64,000 bases of DNA, taken from the NCBI GenBank assembly GCA_963932905.1, contig CAWVRN010000003.1, forward strand, positions 1 to 64,000, given 5' to 3'. The translations under genes were made by a program, and so were the position numbers. A model generated the notes under the pieces. It did no database searches, had not been told where the DNA came from, and saw only the letters and a program-made list of their open reading frames with translations. This document shows positions 58,981 through 64,000 of this stretch, one piece after another. This DNA comes from an uncultured Bdellovibrio sp. Its GTDB lineage: Bacteria; Bdellovibrionota; Bdellovibrionia; Bdellovibrionales; Bdellovibrionaceae. Within the stretch, counting starts at the first letter, position 1, and each line of letters begins with the position of its first letter.

Positions 58981-59223
58981 AATTGGCCCCCTTTAAAAGG
59001 ACGCTTGTTTTAATGTCCTTTCACCAATTACTAATGCAAAAAGAGATAGACTTTGTGCCAGCAGATTAAAATATTGAATTTACTAGCAGATTCTATCTGC
59101 TGAAAAAAATACCTAGGTCAGGTAAGTTCGTTTTTGCGGAGTTTGAGTTCGCATAAAATAAAAATAGTCGCTGATTTGCTTTAGGTAGGCTCAAGTCGCT
59201 AAGGCACTCTTGTTAATAACCAG

Positions 59224-59637
59224 CTAGATGCTTTTCTTAAATTCAATAAGACGAGCCTGAATATTGTCCCGGGCTTCACGAAAGCGGAGTAGTGATTCTT
59301 GTTCGGAGAGAGGTTCTTTCGTTACTGGGTCTGGAAATGGCCAATGAAGTTTTTTTGCCGTTTGCGACGGAAGAACCGGGCATATCTCTTCCGCACACAA
59401 AGTAATAATATAATCGAGATTAGCTAAAAATTTGGGACTTAGCTCATTCTTCGATTTTGAAAAATGCTTTGAAATATCAAGATTGATCTCCTTCATCACG
59501 TGCACAGCAAAGGGAGTAAGTTTTCCTGGATGAGAACCTGCGCTTTGAACTTCAGCGTCTGGAAATAAACTACGAGCCAGTCCTTCAGCCAATTGGCTAC
59601 GAGCTGAGTTTGCAACGCACATAAAAAGTATTTTCAT
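59224..59637 (-). CDS. arsC: Thioredoxin-type arsenate reductase (LMW-PTP fold)
   Basis: ILFMCVANSARSQLAEG, SAG, TLC...CP, HW...DP. Confidence 0.88.
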   Translation of the reverse strand: MKILFMCVANSARSQLAEGLARSLFPDAEVQSAGSHPGKLTPFAVHVMKEINLDISKHFSKSKNELSPKFLANLDYIITLCAEEICPVLPSQTAKKLHWPFPDPVTKEPLSEQESLLRFREARDNIQARLIEFKKSI

Positions 59638-59669
59638 TGGTGACCCCCAAAAAGTCGCGCAGAGCCTAT

Positions 59670-60203
59670 TTAGATATGCGCTCGGCTTCGTCTTAGCCGA
59701 TAGCTGCCTTCAATCGAAACAAAACCACCAATCATTGCACCGACTATCCATAGGACAACAAATGTTCCAACAAGCTCAGCACCAAAGAAATAGAACGCTG
59801 CTAGGGAAGCAAGCCCAATGACTCCTGTTTGCAGCCATTCATAGCGCTTTATGGACTCAAGCTCTTCGAGACTTAAAAATAAATTCGCAAACATATAGGT
59901 CGTTGCCATAAAGAACAATCCACAAAGGAGCATACAAAAATTATGGCCAGCCACTTTCATAAACCAGTTCGTCAAAGATTGCTGAGTATCAAAGGGATTA
60001 AGTCCAAATTGATTACAAACAGCCAAAGACATAAATCCAACAACGACATGAATAGTAGTAACTTTACCAAACACAATCCATGGATTTGGAAAAAGACGAT
60101 TCTTTATTTGAGTAAATGTTGATCGCGGCACCTGCACTTGGTCCGTATTGATAGTAGAGAATTCTGTATATTCTTTAAGCCATTCTGTGTGTTCTTTAGA
60201 CAT
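59670..60203 (-). CDS. Cys/His-containing polytopic membrane protein, putative anti-sigma
   Basis: 3 nt downstream of ECF sigma; about 4 TMs with H...AVC.QFG and HNFCMLLCG. Confidence 0.6.
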   Translation of the reverse strand: MSKEHTEWLKEYTEFSTINTDQVQVPRSTFTQIKNRLFPNPWIVFGKVTTIHVVVGFMSLAVCNQFGLNPFDTQQSLTNWFMKVAGHNFCMLLCGLFFMATTYMFANLFLSLEELESIKRYEWLQTGVIGLASLAAFYFFGAELVGTFVVLWIVGAMIGGFVSIEGSYRLRRSRAHI

Positions 60204-60206
60204 AAA

Positions 60207-60743
60207 TTATTCTCCTTTTCCGTTAAAAGCTTGGCGCAGCTTTTTAATTCCGCGACTAACAAGCTGTCTTGCATTTTCTGGCGACGTTGAAAGTCGCGCG
60301 GCTATTTCTTCAAACGTTTCCTCATCATAGACACGCAGTCGAATCGCCTGCTGCTGTTGCTGAGGCAAAGTTTCTAAAACTTCAGTTAAATTCTTATCCA
60401 CAGCTTCCGGCTCTAAAATAGAAATTTGCTCAAGGTCTTTAACATCAACAGAGTCTTCCAAATTCTTCTTTTTAGAATAATCAAAAAGCACAGAGCGCGT
60501 GATCGAAAACAACCAGGGTGCAAACGGAAGAGTGACATTGTACAGATGCTTTGAGCGATGCAGTTTAAAAAAGACCTCTTGAAGAAGATCATTCGCTTCT
60601 TTCTTTTTGGCTATTCTTTGAGACAAAAAACCAAGAACACGCGCCGAGTGACGGTGAAATAAAATATCAAACGCAGCTACTATACCCTTTTGATAATTCT
60701 CCATAAGTTCTTCATCTGATTTTGTTTCCAAATCTTTTGACAT
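60207..60743 (-). CDS. ECF RNA polymerase sigma factor
   Basis: DEELM..Y..G...AF, DLLQEVF, PWLF.I.R, LP.QQ.....LR....EEIA. Confidence 0.92.
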   Translation of the reverse strand: MSKDLETKSDEELMENYQKGIVAAFDILFHRHSARVLGFLSQRIAKKKEANDLLQEVFFKLHRSKHLYNVTLPFAPWLFSITRSVLFDYSKKKNLEDSVDVKDLEQISILEPEAVDKNLTEVLETLPQQQQQAIRLRVYDEETFEEIAARLSTSPENARQLVSRGIKKLRQAFNGKGE

Positions 60744-60759
60744 CCCTTCTTGCTAGTTA

Positions 60760-60787
60760 ATACGATCGAAATACGGTAATTGTGACA
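60760..60787 (-). promoter_or_regulatory. ECF promoter TGTCACA-N16-CGTAT for sigma-antisigma-arsC
   Basis: Minus strand TGTCACA attaccgtatttcgat CGTAT. Confidence 0.75.
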
Positions 60788-60840
60788 CGAGCTAATTAAA
60801 AAGGTCAAAACCCAAGTTATTTCAATGTGTTGCGTTTTTT

Positions 60841-60868
60841 TGTCACAAATGAGAGGTTTTCATCGTAT
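60841..60868 (+). promoter_or_regulatory. ECF promoter TGTCACA-N16-CGTAT for the efflux operon
   Basis: TGTCACA aatgagaggttttcat CGTAT, 8 nt before ATG 60877. Confidence 0.75.
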
Positions 60869-60876
60869 CTACAAAT

Positions 60877-62079
60877 ATGAAAACATGGTTTCTTTGGTCT
60901 GTCTCACTTTTATATATTTTATCGCCATTAATGGCTAGAGCTCAGGTACTCACTCTAGATGCATTCTTAGAGTCAGTAAAAAAAGAGAGTCCTGATTTTA
61001 TTATTGAAAAAGCAAACCTTGAAGCCGCTAACGCCAAAGCCAGTGGTATTCGAATTAATCCACCCATGATTGGCCTAATGCAAATGAAGGAGAGTGGAAA
61101 CTCAAGAAATGGATATGAAGTTTCACAAGAACTTCCGTTTCCGACAAAAATCGCCCAAGACAAAAAAGTTCGCGACCTTGAACTTGAAACCCAGAAGGAA
61201 AATAGCAGCTACCAAAAAGCGCTCATCTTAAATGAGGCTAGAAATGCCTATCTTGGTTTTTGGAGTAACTATGAAAAACTTCAAATTTTAAAAGATAAAC
61301 ATCACTGGCTTAAACATCACGTATCTTTAACTAGATCCGCTACACGCTCAGATAGCCTGGCCCAAGTTCATCTTCTAGAAGTTGAGTCTGATAGTGACCT
61401 TGTTGAGAATGAGATTTTGAGTCTTGATGCGGATCTATTAGAAAAAAGAAATGCACTTAAAATGTATGCGCCATCATTAGACGTGGAATCATCTCTTCCA
61501 AAAGAGCCAGTTTTACCTGCAATTGAGATCGAAAAAGCGAGTCGATCGTTGGTGACATTAAAAGAAAAAGAAGTCGCTACTTTAGAAGCTCAAGAGAATC
61601 TTAAAAAGCAGAGCTATATTCCTGATCTTTTTCTAAGACTGCGATCCTTTGACGGGAGTGAAACAGCTTCAAGCAATCAAGAGATCATGGTTGGAATCAC
61701 CCTACCGTTTCTATATTTCTGGCAGCCAAACGCAGAAGTGGCTGAAGCCTCAGCGCAGAGAATGAAAGCCCAAGCAGAACTTCAGAAGACAAAAACTGCA
61801 TTTGATACGCGATTTTCCACACTCACGAAAAAGATGGAATCTCTAAAAGCCCAGCTTACAAATTTAAAAGAGAAACTGATTCCTAGAGCCGAGAAACGAA
61901 GAAAGCTTGTCACTAATCTCTCAACTCGCACCATGGAAGGCTTGGATGAACATAAATCAGTTGTGATCGGGTTATTAGATTTAAAAATGAAAGCCATTGA
62001 TCTTAGACTTGAATATGAAAACACCTTTAAAGAAATTTTAAAACTCACGGGAGCTGATTCAAAAGCAGATACATTATGA
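60877..62079 (+). CDS. TolC-family outer-membrane factor (CusC/CzcC-like)
   Basis: Signal peptide, SQ..PFP.K, PD..L, VGITLP, long coiled coils. Confidence 0.85.
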   Translation: MKTWFLWSVSLLYILSPLMARAQVLTLDAFLESVKKESPDFIIEKANLEAANAKASGIRINPPMIGLMQMKESGNSRNGYEVSQELPFPTKIAQDKKVRDLELETQKENSSYQKALILNEARNAYLGFWSNYEKLQILKDKHHWLKHHVSLTRSATRSDSLAQVHLLEVESDSDLVENEILSLDADLLEKRNALKMYAPSLDVESSLPKEPVLPAIEIEKASRSLVTLKEKEVATLEAQENLKKQSYIPDLFLRLRSFDGSETASSNQEIMVGITLPFLYFWQPNAEVAEASAQRMKAQAELQKTKTAFDTRFSTLTKKMESLKAQLTNLKEKLIPRAEKRRKLVTNLSTRTMEGLDEHKSVVIGLLDLKMKAIDLRLEYENTFKEILKLTGADSKADTL

Positions 62080-62909
62080 AAAAAATAATTTTTTTTGGAT
62101 CACTTGTGATTACGGCTTTTTCATGGGCTCCCAAGGCTTACTCTCAAGATAAAGACACCAATTCGAAATCTCCTGCCATTGGTTCAAATCACGAGGACCC
62201 CGACGGATACTATACATGTCCTATGCACCCGCAGGTTCATGAACACAAAGCAGGAAAGTGTCCCATTTGCGGAATGCCATTAGTTAAAACCGCTGGAAAA
62301 AAACAAGAGGCAAAAAAAGAATCTATCGAGGACTCTGAGATTTCTGTCACCAATACTCAGTTGAGCCTTGCTGGTATCGGCAAATACACTGTGACTCGAA
62401 AGGAATTAATCTTTTCGGTACCCGTATCTGGCAGAATGATTTCATCAAGAGACATTGCTTTTCAGGTTTTTGAATCAGATCTTCAGGTTGTTAAGAATGG
62501 CCTTGAATTTACAGGCTCCCCGTCTTCATCTCCGGATAAAAAACTAAAAGGACAGATTCGCTCTGTTGATTCCATGCTTGATCCTTCCAGCCGTACCATT
62601 CGCGTGATTGGAACTTTGTCTCAAACCCCTAAAAGATTTGTACTAGAAGGAAGCTTTGATGGCGAAATTCAATCTAAAGAGAAAAACCAAATTACTGTTC
62701 CTGAAGACGCCGTTTTACACACGGGCAAAGGTAGTCTCGTTTATGTTTTTACTTCTGACAATAACCTTAAACCTGTCTCCGTAACTTTAGGAAAACGAGC
62801 CTCGTCTAAGGAATATCAAATTCTTTCTGGTTTAAACGAAGGCGATGTCATTTCAACTGGCCCCAATTTCCTGATTGATTCAGAAGCCAAGATTCGAGGC
62901 GCCCATTGA
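62076..62909 (+). CDS. cusB: CusB-like periplasmic adaptor with heavy-metal-binding domain
   Basis: YTCPMHP...GKCPICGM.L; D..SRT..V; VP..AV..TG; GL..GD.....FLIDSE. Confidence 0.85.
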   Translation: MKKIIFFGSLVITAFSWAPKAYSQDKDTNSKSPAIGSNHEDPDGYYTCPMHPQVHEHKAGKCPICGMPLVKTAGKKQEAKKESIEDSEISVTNTQLSLAGIGKYTVTRKELIFSVPVSGRMISSRDIAFQVFESDLQVVKNGLEFTGSPSSSPDKKLKGQIRSVDSMLDPSSRTIRVIGTLSQTPKRFVLEGSFDGEIQSKEKNQITVPEDAVLHTGKGSLVYVFTSDNNLKPVSVTLGKRASSKEYQILSGLNEGDVISTGPNFLIDSEAKIRGAH

Positions 62910-64000
62910 TCAAACGTATCATCGAGTTCTCTGCTACAAACCGGCTTTTGATCTTGATGGTTACGGCCGTGTTTATGGGACTTGGCGTTTACTCGGTTCA
63001 AAAAATTCCCCTTGATGCCATTCCTGATCTATCGGACACGCAAGTGATCATCTATTCTAAATGGGATCGCTCGCCGGAGATTTTGGAAAAACAAGTTACT
63101 TATCCTATTGTAGCCGCATTACTTGGAGCACCTAAAATCAAATCGGTGCGCGGTTTTTCTGATTATGGTTATTCTTATGTGTACGTGATTTTTGAAGATG
63201 GTACGGATCTCTATTGGGCGCGAAGCCGAGTCGTTGAATATTTAAGTCGAATTACAAATCAATTACCACAAGGAGTGCAAACGGAACTTGGGCCTGATGC
63301 AACAAGTGTCGGTTGGGTCTATCAGTATGCTCTTGTTGATGAAACCGCAAAGCTTAATTCTGGAGATTTAAGATCTTTGCAAGACTGGACCATTCGCTAT
63401 CAACTTCAATCGGTTCCAGGAGTTGCCGAAGTCGCTAGTGTTGGGGGTTTTGTTAAGCAGTTTCAAGTTAAAGTCGATCCAAGAAAGCTTGAGCTCTATC
63501 AACTAACATTGTCGCAAGTCTTAGATGCTGTTAGAAACACAAATCAAGAATCTGGCGGACGAGTCATTGAGTTTTCGGGAACAGAAGCCATGGTCAGATC
63601 TCAAGGATTGATTTCATCGATTGAAGAAATTGAAAATGCGGTAGTTACCTATCCACTTAAAAGCCGCGCTCCTATATTACTTAAACAAGTAGCTCAAGTT
63701 TCCATCGGTCCTGAAATGCGCAGAGGCATCACAGACTTTAACGGCCAAGGTGATACCGTTGGCGGCATCATAGTGATGAGGCAAGGAGAGGATGCTCCTT
63801 CTGTTATTGATCGTGTTAAAACTAGGATCGCCGACATTCAAAAATCTTTACCCGAAGGCGTAAAAATTAAAACTGTCTACGATCGATCAGACCTTATTCA
63901 TCGAGCCATTGAAACTCTAAAAGGCACTTTGATTGAAGAACTTGTTATCGTGAGTCTTGTCATTCTTCTATTCCTTTGGCATGTGCCTTCCGCGATTGTT
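62906..64000 (+). CDS. cusA: CusA/CzcA heavy-metal RND permease (3' part outside window)
   Basis: TTG start overlapping cusB stop; IPLDAIPDLSDTQVIIY, QVTYP, DLYWARSRV.EYL, LGPDAT.VGWVYQY, YDRS.LI..AI. Confidence 0.92.
   Translation, partial: MIKRIIEFSATNRLLILMVTAVFMGLGVYSVQKIPLDAIPDLSDTQVIIYSKWDRSPEILEKQVTYPIVAALLGAPKIKSVRGFSDYGYSYVYVIFEDGTDLYWARSRVVEYLSRITNQLPQGVQTELGPDATSVGWVYQYALVDETAKLNSGDLRSLQDWTIRYQLQSVPGVAEVASVGGFVKQFQVKVDPRKLELYQLTLSQVLDAVRNTNQESGGRVIEFSGTEAMVRSQGLISSIEEIENAVVTYPLKSRAPILLKQVAQVSIGPEMRRGITDFNGQGDTVGGIIVMRQGEDAPSVIDRVKTRIADIQKSLPEGVKIKTVYDRSDLIHRAIETLKGTLIEELVIVSLVILLFLWHVPSAIV

Larger units (their letters stand above)
46160..64000. mobile_element. Integrative conjugative element with adjacent cargo (right end outside window)
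   Basis: int-xis, relaxase-like gene, FtsK-type coupling protein and VirB2/3/4/5/6/8/9/10-like genes in one minus-strand block, followed by metal-resistance genes. Confidence 0.8.

Noticed and set aside
59034..59062. TGGCAC...TTGCA on the minus strand upstream of the ICE leader as sigma54 or caspase-ECF promoter
   Set aside because: Spacing far too long for sigma54, and the -10 box does not match CGTTT

Overview
The window looks like a ~64 kb chromosomal segment of a diderm bacterium. Gene style suggests Bdellovibrionota (inference only). Bases 1-27.7 kb are mostly core-like genes: clpS, yajQ, a GNAT, sensor kinases, LysR, App1, YkgJ and a YegD-like Hsp70. This part also holds two unusual modules. 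One is an ECF sigma / membrane anti-sigma / secreted caspase-beta-barrel operon with a divergent lipoprotein, paired promoters and a shared AKG motif. The other is a cobalamin riboswitch heading three orphan genes. From 27.9 kb onward the DNA is accessory and appears built up in tandem at a tRNA-fMet attachment site. It contains an intact IS481 and a HEPN-like + Ser/Thr kinase + TPR candidate defence locus. A 52-bp tRNA-fMet 3' remnant with arm-like repeats follows. Next comes a 2641-aa secreted teneurin-like NHL/YD/RHS protein with a C-terminal phospholipase A2 domain, followed by three paralogous small outer-membrane beta-barrels and an IS1380 remnant. The segment ends with an integrative conjugative element: tyrosine integrase, excisionase, Replic_Relax-type relaxase, FtsK-type coupling protein and a minimal T4SS. 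Beside it lies ECF-controlled arsC and CusCBA-like metal-resistance cargo that runs off the right edge. All calls come from motif reading; no database searches were run.
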